This document shows positions 31,322 through 40,417 of a DNA stretch of 52,535 nucleotides, piece after piece. The notes beneath the pieces were generated by a model. That model searched no databases, had not been told where the DNA came from, and saw only the letters and a program-made list of their open reading frames with translations. This stretch comes from a virus (taxonomy: Duplodnaviria > Caudoviricetes): positions 1 to 52,535 of the IMG/VR virus record IMGVR_UViG_3300047667_000935, one strand, 5' to 3'. Within the stretch, counting starts at the first letter, position 1. The number at the start of each line of letters is the position of its first letter. Made by a program: the position numbers and the translations under genes.

Positions 31322-31941
31322 AGATACAAATAATTGCGTTGCCTAGATCAGGAAGTGCATATCTTCGTGGAATGATAGATCGTCAAATTAGCAGTAACAA
31401 CGATTACTTCACTATCAGTGAGCCTTTTAACGTTTCAAAAAATCATAAATTAAAAGAAGACGAAATATTATATTATATAAAAGAGAAAAAAAATGTTCTA
31501 GTAAAAAATATGATATTTGAATTAGATGATGTTGATTTAAGCAATTTATTTGACTATGTTATTTGCTTAACACGAAAAGATATGTTTGAAGCAACACTTA
31601 GCAGAGCAATTGCATTAACAACCAACAAGTGGAACCAGCCGCACGATGATAACTTAAAATTAACCATTGACTTTTCAAAATTTAAAATTCTTTTAGACGA
31701 AACAGTTCGGTGGAATAAAAAACTATTAAATATAAAAAACAACAAATTAATTTTTTATGAGGATTTGTCCTTTAATTCTTCAAGTGACTTACATTTGTTT
31801 GATGATTTATTAACTTATAAAAAACCTTTTGAAACTTTATTATTATACGACAAACAAAAATTAGTAACCAACTACTTTGAATTAAAAGAACAATCTAGAA
31901 TTTATTTAGATAATAAAAGCGAGTATATAAAGTATGTATAA
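31318..31941 (+). CDS. Sulfotransferase-like P-loop protein, 207 aa
   Basis: IIALPRSGSAYL (5'-PSB-like), SEPFN, LTRKD...LS (3'-PB-like), IFYEDL. Confidence 0.7.
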   Translation: MKIQIIALPRSGSAYLRGMIDRQISSNNDYFTISEPFNVSKNHKLKEDEILYYIKEKKNVLVKNMIFELDDVDLSNLFDYVICLTRKDMFEATLSRAIALTTNKWNQPHDDNLKLTIDFSKFKILLDETVRWNKKLLNIKNNKLIFYEDLSFNSSSDLHLFDDLLTYKKPFETLLLYDKQKLVTNYFELKEQSRIYLDNKSEYIKYV

Positions 31942-33013
31942 CTACGAAGACATTCGAGTAATTCATTTAGAGAATACACAAAATTGTCAAGCAGCTTGTC
32001 CTATGTGCGACAGAAATCAAAATGGCGGAGCAGTTAATCAGCATATTGATTTAAGTGAACTTACATTGGCTGATATTAAAGTTATGTTCAAGCCTGATTT
32101 TATCAAACAACTTAACACGTTATACATGTGCGGCAATTTAGGCGATCCGATTGTTGCTCGTGACACACTGGCAATCTTTGAATACTTTCGCAGTCACAAT
32201 GAAAAAATGTGGCTAAGTATGAATACAAATGCAGGAGCAAAGAATGCAGAATGGTGGACAAAACTCGCGCACGTTTTTGGCCGCATGGGCGCAGTCATTT
32301 TTAGTGTGGATGGTCTTGCTGATACCAACCATATTTATAGGCAAAATGTTAATTGGGACAACGTGCAGCGTTCAATGCAAGCATTTATTGCAGCAGGAGG
32401 CAGAGCACGATGGGACTTCCTTATATTTGAACATAACCAACATCAAGTAGAGGAAGCCGAAGCATTGAGCAAGCAAATGGGCTTTGAACGTTTTGTAGCA
32501 AAGAAGACTGGAAGATTTGTAACATCTACTACCGAGAAAAAAGAATCGCATCAAGCAGTTGATCGAAAAGGCAATGACACAACTGAACTTAAAAAGCCTG
32601 ACGTAAAGTATCAAAACTCGGCCCTTAAAAAACAGGATACTATTATTGACAAATACGGTAGCATGGATGCGTATTATGATGCTGCACCTATTAAGTGTAA
32701 AGTAAAGGATGAAGGAAACTTGTTCATCACAGCCGAAGGATTGGCAATGCCTTGCTGTTGGACAGCTGGCCGCATGTACAAGTGGTGGCACAAAGATCCT
32801 AAAGTAGAACAAGTATGGGACTTTATTGACAAAGCCGGCGGCAAAGATGCAGTTAACGCTAAAATACACGGACTAAAGGCAGTGTTTGACACTGGATTAT
32901 TTGATGCTATAGAAGAAAGTTGGAATAAGCCAAGTTGTGCATCCGGCAAACTAAAAGTATGTTCAACGAAATGCGGCATCGAGTTTGACCCGTTTGGAGA
33001 ACAATTTAAATGA
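31934..33013 (+). CDS. Radical SAM protein with C-terminal SPASM/twitch-like cysteines, 359 aa
   Basis: CQAACPMC; CGNLGDP; FSVDG; C-terminal IKC...EGLAMPCC...CSTKC. Confidence 0.9.
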   Translation: MYNYEDIRVIHLENTQNCQAACPMCDRNQNGGAVNQHIDLSELTLADIKVMFKPDFIKQLNTLYMCGNLGDPIVARDTLAIFEYFRSHNEKMWLSMNTNAGAKNAEWWTKLAHVFGRMGAVIFSVDGLADTNHIYRQNVNWDNVQRSMQAFIAAGGRARWDFLIFEHNQHQVEEAEALSKQMGFERFVAKKTGRFVTSTTEKKESHQAVDRKGNDTTELKKPDVKYQNSALKKQDTIIDKYGSMDAYYDAAPIKCKVKDEGNLFITAEGLAMPCCWTAGRMYKWWHKDPKVEQVWDFIDKAGGKDAVNAKIHGLKAVFDTGLFDAIEESWNKPSCASGKLKVCSTKCGIEFDPFGEQFK

Positions 33014-33046
33014 CACAGGTGTTATATAGATCTGAAAGAATACAAC

Positions 33047-33547
33047 ATGTTTAACTTTGCCCAGATTTCAGAAGAGTTTACTAGAATAAAAGCCAGTCCT
33101 CAGTGGCATGATTTAATAGACAAATTTAAAGATGCTACCGATATTGGATATATCGGCCACGGCGGCAATCTTGCTGTTGCAGATCATGCAGCAATTGACG
33201 CTTTACGCCTTGCTAACAAACGGACACACGCTCCTGGATCTGCGATTTGGTGTACTTCGTTAATAAACGAGTATGGCAGTATGTGGATGGCAGAATGGAT
33301 TAAGATTGTTAATTTAGATCTTGTAATAATGTTTACAGCTAGTGCAACTAGTACAGAGTTTGATAATGCAGTGAATATGTGCAATGACTTAGGAATTTCT
33401 TACTTTGTTATTACTGCTGTTTCTAAATATGATAGCGAAATCCATTTAAATTTAGATACTTATCACGAATATGAAGTTGCAGCAATGGCACTAACATATG
33501 ATATAGTCGAAGCCGGAGGCAGTATATGTCCACTAATACCAAAGTAG
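33047..33547 (+). CDS. SIS-domain sugar-phosphate isomerase-like protein (GmhA-like), 166 aa
   Basis: IGHGGNLAVADHAAID resembles GmhA GNGGSAADAQH; FTASATS resembles STSGNS. Confidence 0.6.
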   Translation: MFNFAQISEEFTRIKASPQWHDLIDKFKDATDIGYIGHGGNLAVADHAAIDALRLANKRTHAPGSAIWCTSLINEYGSMWMAEWIKIVNLDLVIMFTASATSTEFDNAVNMCNDLGISYFVITAVSKYDSEIHLNLDTYHEYEVAAMALTYDIVEAGGSICPLIPK

Positions 33548-34254
33548 TTGCGTTACAAACTGCAAGAGCAGGCAGCAAAAGCATTCCTAAGAAAAATTTA
33601 TTAGAAGTAGACGGTCATCCGTTGTTTGCACATAGTATTATTGCAGCAACCGGTAGTAATACTATACAGCGCGTCTATTGCAGCACAGATGATTCCGTTA
33701 TAATGGACTTTAGTAAACATTATAATTTTAATGTTATTAAGCGCCCGCCCGAATTGTGTTTAGATAACTGTAGTCATTTAGCTGCTATTAGGCACGGTGT
33801 AAATGAAATTGAAAAAGAATTAGGCAAACAAGATATTGTAGTTTTATTACTAGGAAACGTCACCGGAATTGATGCAAATGCATTAGATGAGGCAATTGAC
33901 ATGTTGGGCGATAATGACAGTGTAGTAAGTGTTAGTGAAATGAATATGTACAATCCATTTAGAGCACATAAGATTGTTAATGGTTTACTAGAAACTTGGA
34001 TAACTCAGGACTTGATACGCAGTGATACATTAGTTAATGATAAGGATAGTGCAGGCAGCATATATTATTGTAACGGTAATTTTTGGGTAATGCGCAGGGA
34101 TGCATTGTTCGAAGATGAGAATAACTTGCCATTTGAATGGCTAGGAAAAAATATAGTTCCTTATATACAAAATGTGTTTCAGGAGTTAGATGCACCGTGG
34201 CAACTTGGTTACGTAGAACAGAGCGTTAACTACTTTAAAGGTCGAATAAAGTAA
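33526..34254 (+). CDS. Acylneuraminate/CMP-sugar cytidylyltransferase (NeuA-like), 242 aa
   Basis: ARAGSKSIPKKN, VYCSTDD, KRPPEL, YYCNG motifs. Confidence 0.88.
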   Translation: MSTNTKVVALQTARAGSKSIPKKNLLEVDGHPLFAHSIIAATGSNTIQRVYCSTDDSVIMDFSKHYNFNVIKRPPELCLDNCSHLAAIRHGVNEIEKELGKQDIVVLLLGNVTGIDANALDEAIDMLGDNDSVVSVSEMNMYNPFRAHKIVNGLLETWITQDLIRSDTLVNDKDSAGSIYYCNGNFWVMRRDALFEDENNLPFEWLGKNIVPYIQNVFQELDAPWQLGYVEQSVNYFKGRIK

Positions 34255-35180
34255 TGAATATCTGGGAGCAAGGTGCTGTATTAGGAGTTAACAACAACGA
34301 ATCTAATAAGTTGTATGGCAAAAAACAATGGCGTAAGTTTATAAAAACTCATAGATATCATTTTGTAGAGTTTAATAAATCAATAAAGTCGTCAATGACT
34401 CCGATGGGATATTTTCAAAAACCTGAAGAAAACAAGTACCTAAAGTATCAGCGTAAATTTGAATACACTGAGTCTTATTTTAAATTTAAAAAGTCGTGTC
34501 GAAAAATAGATAGTGTTCTTAGCAAGTTCGACTTTAACTTTTTTAAAATTAGACACGATCCTGTATTTAAAGCTAAGGAGTTTGGGCAATTTTGTATACT
34601 AATAAAGGAACTATATCAATATGGCGCTTATAATTACCCGTGTTGGCGTGTTAACAACAATTTTACTATAGCGTCACACCCAGGGCAACACCTAAACTTT
34701 GCTAGAACATATTTAGGATTACCGCTAAGGGGATTTATTAGTGCATTAAACACTGACGTACATGCACTTGATTTTATTAAATCAAACGCTCAGATAATAA
34801 AGCATATCAAGTCCGACAGCGACATTATTGAGATATTAGGAACAGACACAATAGCTGCTAGTATACAGAAGTATGGCAACCAATTAGTGCCGTCATTGTA
34901 CCCAACTATTCCCCGGCCAGTTTGGTCAGGTTATGATAATAATGGAAACACTGATTGGCCCTGGGAAGATTCTATTAACTTTTATGACTACTTAGAAAGC
35001 ACTAGGTATATAACCATTATTGATGAAGTAATAAATTCACGTAACTTTACAAAGACAATCAAGAAGTATGCAACTATTTGTAACAACTTTGGTAATGAAG
35101 AGTTGTTAGTAAATAACTTTATAGCATTTTTACTAACCGAACACCCCAGCGACTTAAACTTTGAATTAATCGAGAGATAA
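34254..35180 (+). CDS. Hypothetical protein, 308 aa
   Basis: Long ORF with TAATG coupling; no firm motif. Confidence 0.75.
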   Translation: MNIWEQGAVLGVNNNESNKLYGKKQWRKFIKTHRYHFVEFNKSIKSSMTPMGYFQKPEENKYLKYQRKFEYTESYFKFKKSCRKIDSVLSKFDFNFFKIRHDPVFKAKEFGQFCILIKELYQYGAYNYPCWRVNNNFTIASHPGQHLNFARTYLGLPLRGFISALNTDVHALDFIKSNAQIIKHIKSDSDIIEILGTDTIAASIQKYGNQLVPSLYPTIPRPVWSGYDNNGNTDWPWEDSINFYDYLESTRYITIIDEVINSRNFTKTIKKYATICNNFGNEELLVNNFIAFLLTEHPSDLNFELIER

Positions 35181-35183
35181 ATA
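35177..35183 (+). promoter_or_regulatory. Putative late promoter (ATAAATA)
   Basis: GATAAATAC overlapping the stop codon, 12 nt before ATG 35196; no SD in between. Confidence 0.55.
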
Positions 35184-35195
35184 CGTACATAAACA

Positions 35196-36035
35196 ATGAA
35201 ATTTGATTTTAAAAAACATATATTATATAGATCCGAAAGGATGCAACATATCAGGCTCGATAATAAAAATTTATTAGGGCTTGCTACCGTTGAAATTAAT
35301 CCTACTGAGTTATGCAATCGTACATGCAGCTTTTGTCCAAGGCACGATCCTCAAATATATCCTAATAGGAATTTAAATATGACTGTTGGCACTGCTGCTA
35401 AATTATGTGAGCAGCTTCTTGATTCGGGATATAACGGCGACATTAACATAACAGGATTTGGTGAGCCTTTATTAAACAAAGATATTATTAAAATATGTAA
35501 TATATTTTCAAAACACTTTCATACAGAATTAATCACTAATGGAGACAGCATACTCAATAATAAAATTTCAATTGACAATTTTGAAGAACTGTCTTTATTG
35601 ATAATAGATTGCTACGACGGCGACAATCAAATAGAATCATTTAATACAATGCTTAAAGATAGCAAAGTCAATTATATGTTAAGAAATCATTACGATTCCA
35701 ATAATAAAGATTTAATATCAACATATGGATTTAACAATCGTGGCGGCGCAATGTACAATGCAGAGTTATCAAACAAGCCTTGCTTTCTTCCTTCGTACAA
35801 AGCGTTTATTGATTGGAACGGTGATGTAAGATTGTGCTGCAATGATTGGTTTAGATTGCAAGATAGCTTTGGTAACGTTAACTCGGAAAGCTTTTCTGAT
35901 ATTTGGATGTCGCAAAAGTTTACAAAGGTACGAGTTGATCTAATTAACGGCCTGCGCAATAAATATAAACCATGCCAGAACTGCGATGTGAACGGAACGT
36001 TAGTTGGCCAAGGAAGTGCAAATTTGTGGCGTTAA
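35196..36035 (+). CDS. Radical SAM protein with C-terminal SPASM/twitch domain, 279 aa
   Basis: CNRTCSFC, GFGEPLL, ITNG; NNRGG...CFLP...IDWNGDVRLCC...FGNV...CQNC. Confidence 0.92.
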   Translation: MKFDFKKHILYRSERMQHIRLDNKNLLGLATVEINPTELCNRTCSFCPRHDPQIYPNRNLNMTVGTAAKLCEQLLDSGYNGDINITGFGEPLLNKDIIKICNIFSKHFHTELITNGDSILNNKISIDNFEELSLLIIDCYDGDNQIESFNTMLKDSKVNYMLRNHYDSNNKDLISTYGFNNRGGAMYNAELSNKPCFLPSYKAFIDWNGDVRLCCNDWFRLQDSFGNVNSESFSDIWMSQKFTKVRVDLINGLRNKYKPCQNCDVNGTLVGQGSANLWR

Positions 36036-36106
36036 ACAAAAAACAATTTGTGCTTGATTATAATAATTATATTTCTTGAAATGTTCAAATGGGGAAGTAC
36101 AAATTT

Positions 36107-36751
36107 ATGATATGGTTAAGTGGTGACAGTTGGCTTGATTGGCGATCGCTCATTAAGTCAAATTTAAGATTTGAAGATACCCTCGAAGGATTGTTACAGG
36201 AAACGCATCCTACTTTATGCTTTGCAAGAGGCGGTTCTGGCAACATACGTCAGTTAGAGTTAATTCGACAGTATTCTACATTTGGTGTTTTGTCTCCGCA
36301 ATATTGGATACATTCTTGGACGGAAGTCGGAAGAGATACTAGAAATAGAAAGTACACTACTAATTGCATAACTGACATGTCTAAAAATATTGCTAACTCT
36401 ATTGTAGAAATTGAACGTGATTTGAAATGCAAAGTTTTAGTGTTTGGAGGACAAGCGGAAATTCCACAAGTTGCTCAAGAAATTCTAAAGGAAAGAGTTA
36501 TAACTCCTGATTGGAAGGCAGACTTACTAGGCAGCAGTGATTATGGTTCGTCTCAGTATTTTAGTGTAATTACCGACGGGGCAACACACAATCTTCCTAG
36601 ACAAAAATTAAAGAAACATGCATTGCTATCGCATAAACAGTTAGCTACCTTAACTGCCTCTGAACGTTTTCCAGATAATGCCCATCCTGGAGTTAACGAA
36701 TACAAAGATTTATATAATAAAATAAAGGCTAATATCGATGCTAGAATCTAA
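36107..36751 (+). CDS. SGNH/GDSL hydrolase-like protein
   Basis: MIWLSGDSW block I, GGSGN block II, DNAHPG block V; start 36107 preferred because GGGGAAG lies upstream. Confidence 0.65.
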   Translation: MIWLSGDSWLDWRSLIKSNLRFEDTLEGLLQETHPTLCFARGGSGNIRQLELIRQYSTFGVLSPQYWIHSWTEVGRDTRNRKYTTNCITDMSKNIANSIVEIERDLKCKVLVFGGQAEIPQVAQEILKERVITPDWKADLLGSSDYGSSQYFSVITDGATHNLPRQKLKKHALLSHKQLATLTASERFPDNAHPGVNEYKDLYNKIKANIDARI

Positions 36752-36878
36752 TCCGTTTCCACATTTTATACATGATGACTTTTTTAAAGAAGAATTACTG
36801 TCGTATATATACAACAAATACAAAGACCGGGATCACGGCGATAAGTGGTTAACTGCTGATAAGAGGTATTATAGATAA
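36738..36878 (+). pseudogene. 46-codon ORF, probable N-terminal fragment of a 2OG-Fe(II) oxygenase
   Basis: Hand translation MLESNPFPHFIHDDFFKEELLSYIYNKYKDRDHGDKWLTADKRYYR*; PFPH..xDDF is a common 2OG-oxygenase N-terminus; no HxD...H core. Confidence 0.5.
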
Positions 36879-36880
36879 CG

Positions 36881-38152
36881 GTGTGTGGATTTTATTTTAG
36901 TAACAGACCAATCGTTACAGAATGGACGTTTGATGATGTTAAGCAGCGTGGCGTTGATTACAAAGTATTTGCAAGTGATGATTATTTTGCAATACAATCA
37001 GTGTTACCGTGTGTAAGCGATATTAATTTTAACCTTTATAATACAGATGAATTTCTGTTTTTGTATTCTGGTGAAATTTACAATTACGATAGAAAATATT
37101 CTTCAGACACCGAAATGGTATTTGACGATATAACTAACAATCGGACTATTGATCATTACAATGGCATGTATGCATTTCTGTTATATAACAAACAAACCAA
37201 GCAGCTTGTTTACAAACGAGACAAAACAGGGCAAATACCTTTGTTTATTTATAGCAAAGGCGGCCACGTGATTATATCAACTACTATCAAAAGTATAGTA
37301 AAAACCACTAACACACTGGTTAACAATAACAGTTTAAATTTATGGAAGCAATCCAAGCATTTTATATTTAACGAAACACCGTGGTGTAACATCAACAGCG
37401 TAACTCCGAGCAGCACAGAACCAACCTACGCCGATATGCCTGTGCATGACGTCTTTGCTAGCATAAAAAATGATTACAATTCTAAGCTAGCAAGTGCAAG
37501 TATTAACAGTGGTGGCATAGATAGCGGAATTGTTAGTAAATGGTTTGGCGAGTTTCAAGTTGCTATTAATCATGTAGGCAAAGACTTTGTAAGTAATAAT
37601 TTAGAGTTTGCATATGATATAACTGAAGACGAATGGCGCGACTATGTCGACGAGTTTATCGAAGCTACTTACTTATTTCCGTATACATGGAGTTGGGTAG
37701 GATATTACATAATAGGAAAACGTTTACAAGACAAGGTCAACATTTTGTATACCGGCGAAGGCGCTGATGAAATATTTGGTGGATACCCAGGTTATAAACA
37801 GGGTATTCGAACACCGTATTCCCTGCCATTTGAAATTGACGAGTCGGACTTTTTAATTAACAATAAATTGTGTGATCAAAAGTACTTTATACCAACAGCA
37901 GCAATGGGTGCAAATCTTGCTCTTGGATGTTTTACAATCGAAGCTAGATCCCCGTTTCTAGATAGGAGATTTATGAATAACACAGTAAATCTGTCCAATA
38001 ACGATAAAAAATCTCTTTCGGACTACTATATACTGTTGTATAATCAAACCCCGTATACAAAGCAAGGCTTTGGCGGGTTCCCGGACGAGTATGGAAAGGG
38101 TTCTACTTGGAAAGATGCTTGCTTTCAAAAAATGAAAGATACACAAAAATAA
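36881..38152 (+). CDS. Asparagine synthetase B-like glutamine amidotransferase, 423 aa
   Basis: N-terminal MCG (Ntn Cys), GEIYNY, NGMYAF, RDKTGQIPLF, SGGIDS, TGEGADEIFGGY, EARSPFLD. Confidence 0.9.
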   Translation: MCGFYFSNRPIVTEWTFDDVKQRGVDYKVFASDDYFAIQSVLPCVSDINFNLYNTDEFLFLYSGEIYNYDRKYSSDTEMVFDDITNNRTIDHYNGMYAFLLYNKQTKQLVYKRDKTGQIPLFIYSKGGHVIISTTIKSIVKTTNTLVNNNSLNLWKQSKHFIFNETPWCNINSVTPSSTEPTYADMPVHDVFASIKNDYNSKLASASINSGGIDSGIVSKWFGEFQVAINHVGKDFVSNNLEFAYDITEDEWRDYVDEFIEATYLFPYTWSWVGYYIIGKRLQDKVNILYTGEGADEIFGGYPGYKQGIRTPYSLPFEIDESDFLINNKLCDQKYFIPTAAMGANLALGCFTIEARSPFLDRRFMNNTVNLSNNDKKSLSDYYILLYNQTPYTKQGFGGFPDEYGKGSTWKDACFQKMKDTQK

Positions 38153-38173
38153 CAAATAACAGAGGATGGTATT

Positions 38174-38893
38174 TTGACAGTTCATCAAAATTATAAACTA
38201 AAATCATATAAGCACTTTGCAAAAACATGTAACAGGATTGATAAAAGAATCAATGTTACAACTTATATTTTTCAAGGCACGCTAAGAACTATGAATACAG
38301 AGTTTTTTAAAAGAGATCATAATAACGGTATTAATAAGATGCTTTCGTTGGTATTTGCTGATAGCAATGAACTTATTAGCAACCAGCTAGGCCCAACCGC
38401 TACTCGTGATTTAGCAAAGTTAAATATGCTATACACTATTTTAACTGATTTAAAAAGAGGAACAGGAATTAAACATCCGCTGAGTTTAAATTATTTTAAA
38501 AATAAGCAGTGGGGAGCCTTCCCTGGAAATAGCAGGTTGTATTTTGAAAGTTATTATACTCCTGAGGTAACTGCTATGATAACCGATCATACCGGCACTT
38601 TGAAGAAACGCTATCCAAAATTAGAGTTCAAAAGTTTAAAAGATGGTTACTTTGATGTTACGGACTTAACTCTTGGTTTTAGCTCTACAAATAGCGCAGG
38701 ACCCAACAGCCTAATAAAACCATCGGGCATTAAGATTATGGAATTTAAACAACTATACGTAAGCCCTGCCCCTGATCTCAGCAATCCTGCATTTTACAAT
38801 CCGCCGCGCAGTTATAGGTTAGACGGAGATAAATTTTACGTATGCGACGAATTATTTCTTATAAAAAGCAACAACATTTGGGAATTTGCGTGA
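38174..38893 (+). CDS. Hypothetical protein, 239 aa
   Basis: TTG start with GAGGA SD; no firm motif. Confidence 0.7.
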   Translation: MTVHQNYKLKSYKHFAKTCNRIDKRINVTTYIFQGTLRTMNTEFFKRDHNNGINKMLSLVFADSNELISNQLGPTATRDLAKLNMLYTILTDLKRGTGIKHPLSLNYFKNKQWGAFPGNSRLYFESYYTPEVTAMITDHTGTLKKRYPKLEFKSLKDGYFDVTDLTLGFSSTNSAGPNSLIKPSGIKIMEFKQLYVSPAPDLSNPAFYNPPRSYRLDGDKFYVCDELFLIKSNNIWEFA

Positions 38894-38992
38894 ATTATTT
38901 AAAAATCATTTAAACGGTTGAACAGTTTATATACACTAAACAGCACTTGTCTATTTTGGCAACTTAACTTTTGAGTAAGGATAACTACTAGT

Positions 38993-40417
38993 ATGATGAA
39001 AAACAATAGCGATAATCCAGTAGTGCCACCATCAGAAACATTTTGCTTATTACCATGGGTCCATCTTAGTACAAGGCCCGACGGTAGTATGCGGGTATGT
39101 TGCACTGCAAATGCTAGTAGCGTCGGCCCTACTAACGACAAAGAGCACGGCGGACAAGTCGGCATTCTAAAGGACGACAAAGGACGACCAAACAATCTTA
39201 ATGTAAGCGACTTCCAGACTGCTTGGAACAGCAACTACATGAAGAATGTTCGCAAGCAGATGCTTGCGGGCGAAAAGCCGCCTAGTTGTTTAAAATGCTT
39301 CAAAGAAGAAGCAGCTGGCCATCGCAGCAAGCGTCAGTGGGAAACTGCCTACTGGAGCAAGCGCGTTGATCTTGACAAAATACTTGCAGATACACAACCA
39401 GATGGCGAAGTGCCTCCGAATCTTGCATACATTGATTTGCGTTTTGGTACCAAGTGTCAACTTGCTTGTGTTATGTGCAGTCCTCATGACAGTAGTGGAT
39501 GGATCAAAGACTATAAATCTATTTTTCCTGACGTGAAAAACGAATCACTTAAAGAGATTATGCAATGGGAAGACAAGGGTAGCACCAACGGCAGCAGCTA
39601 CAACTGGCATAAGCAAAATCCTACATTCTGGAAACAGTTTTACGATCAGATGCCGAGTATGCAGCAGATTTACTTTGCTGGAGGCGAAAGTCTTATTATT
39701 GAGGAACACTATGAAATTCTTGAGTACGCAATTAAAATGGGTTATGCAAAAGACCTTGAACTTCGTTATAACTCAAATGGAGTTGAATGGAGACCTGACC
39801 TATTTGACTTATGGAAAGAATTTAAACTTGTACGTTTTCATTACTCGATAGACAGTATAAAAGAAATGAATGACTACATTCGTTTTCCTAGCAAGTGGTC
39901 TCGTCAAGAAGAAGTGTTCCACATACTCGATAACGAGACAAGTGACAACGTAGAAGTTACTATTGCTTGTGCAGTACAGGCACTTAACATTTATTACATA
40001 CCCGATTTTATACAATGGAAGTTAGAGCAAGGATTTAAAAAGATCAACATGTGGCCATTTGGTGCAGGCGGCATTGGTCAGCATCTTGTATACTGGCCTG
40101 CACATCTAAACGTCAAGAGCTTGCCCGCCGACTTCAAAGCTAAATGTAGAGCAAAGTACGAAGCATGGTATCCATGGTGGGAAAACAATTGGGAATTGGG
40201 TGTGCCGAGGTGGTGTACAGGAAAAGTTGATTACGAACAATGGCGCACTGCTGAATACGGAATCAAACGACTAAACGGCATGTTGCAGTTTATGGAAAGC
40301 GAAGACTGGAGTCAACGCTTGCCAGAAATGCAAGAGTTTCTGAGTCTTTGCGACAAACAGCGCGGTAATAAATTTGCAGAAACATTTCCGGAAATGAAAG
40401 ACATTTTTAAAAAATGA
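38993..40417 (+). CDS. Radical SAM protein with N-terminal twitch/SPASM-like domain, 474 aa
   Basis: FCLLPW...DGSMRVCC...CLKC precede CQLACVMC; AGGES, YNSNG, YSID. Confidence 0.9.
   Translation: MMKNNSDNPVVPPSETFCLLPWVHLSTRPDGSMRVCCTANASSVGPTNDKEHGGQVGILKDDKGRPNNLNVSDFQTAWNSNYMKNVRKQMLAGEKPPSCLKCFKEEAAGHRSKRQWETAYWSKRVDLDKILADTQPDGEVPPNLAYIDLRFGTKCQLACVMCSPHDSSGWIKDYKSIFPDVKNESLKEIMQWEDKGSTNGSSYNWHKQNPTFWKQFYDQMPSMQQIYFAGGESLIIEEHYEILEYAIKMGYAKDLELRYNSNGVEWRPDLFDLWKEFKLVRFHYSIDSIKEMNDYIRFPSKWSRQEEVFHILDNETSDNVEVTIACAVQALNIYYIPDFIQWKLEQGFKKINMWPFGAGGIGQHLVYWPAHLNVKSLPADFKAKCRAKYEAWYPWWENNWELGVPRWCTGKVDYEQWRTAEYGIKRLNGMLQFMESEDWSQRLPEMQEFLSLCDKQRGNKFAETFPEMKDIFKK

Noticed and set aside
19421-38152. 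Cellular O-antigen or capsule locus
   Set aside because: No multi-pass membrane proteins (Wzx, Wzy, ABC exporter) are evident, and the block is continuous with tail genes and shares their promoter motif.
38912-38928. Imperfect inverted repeat aaacggtt-g-aacagttt in the intergenic gap
   Set aside because: Short, AT-rich, single occurrence with a 1-nt centre; not enough to call an operator or terminator.
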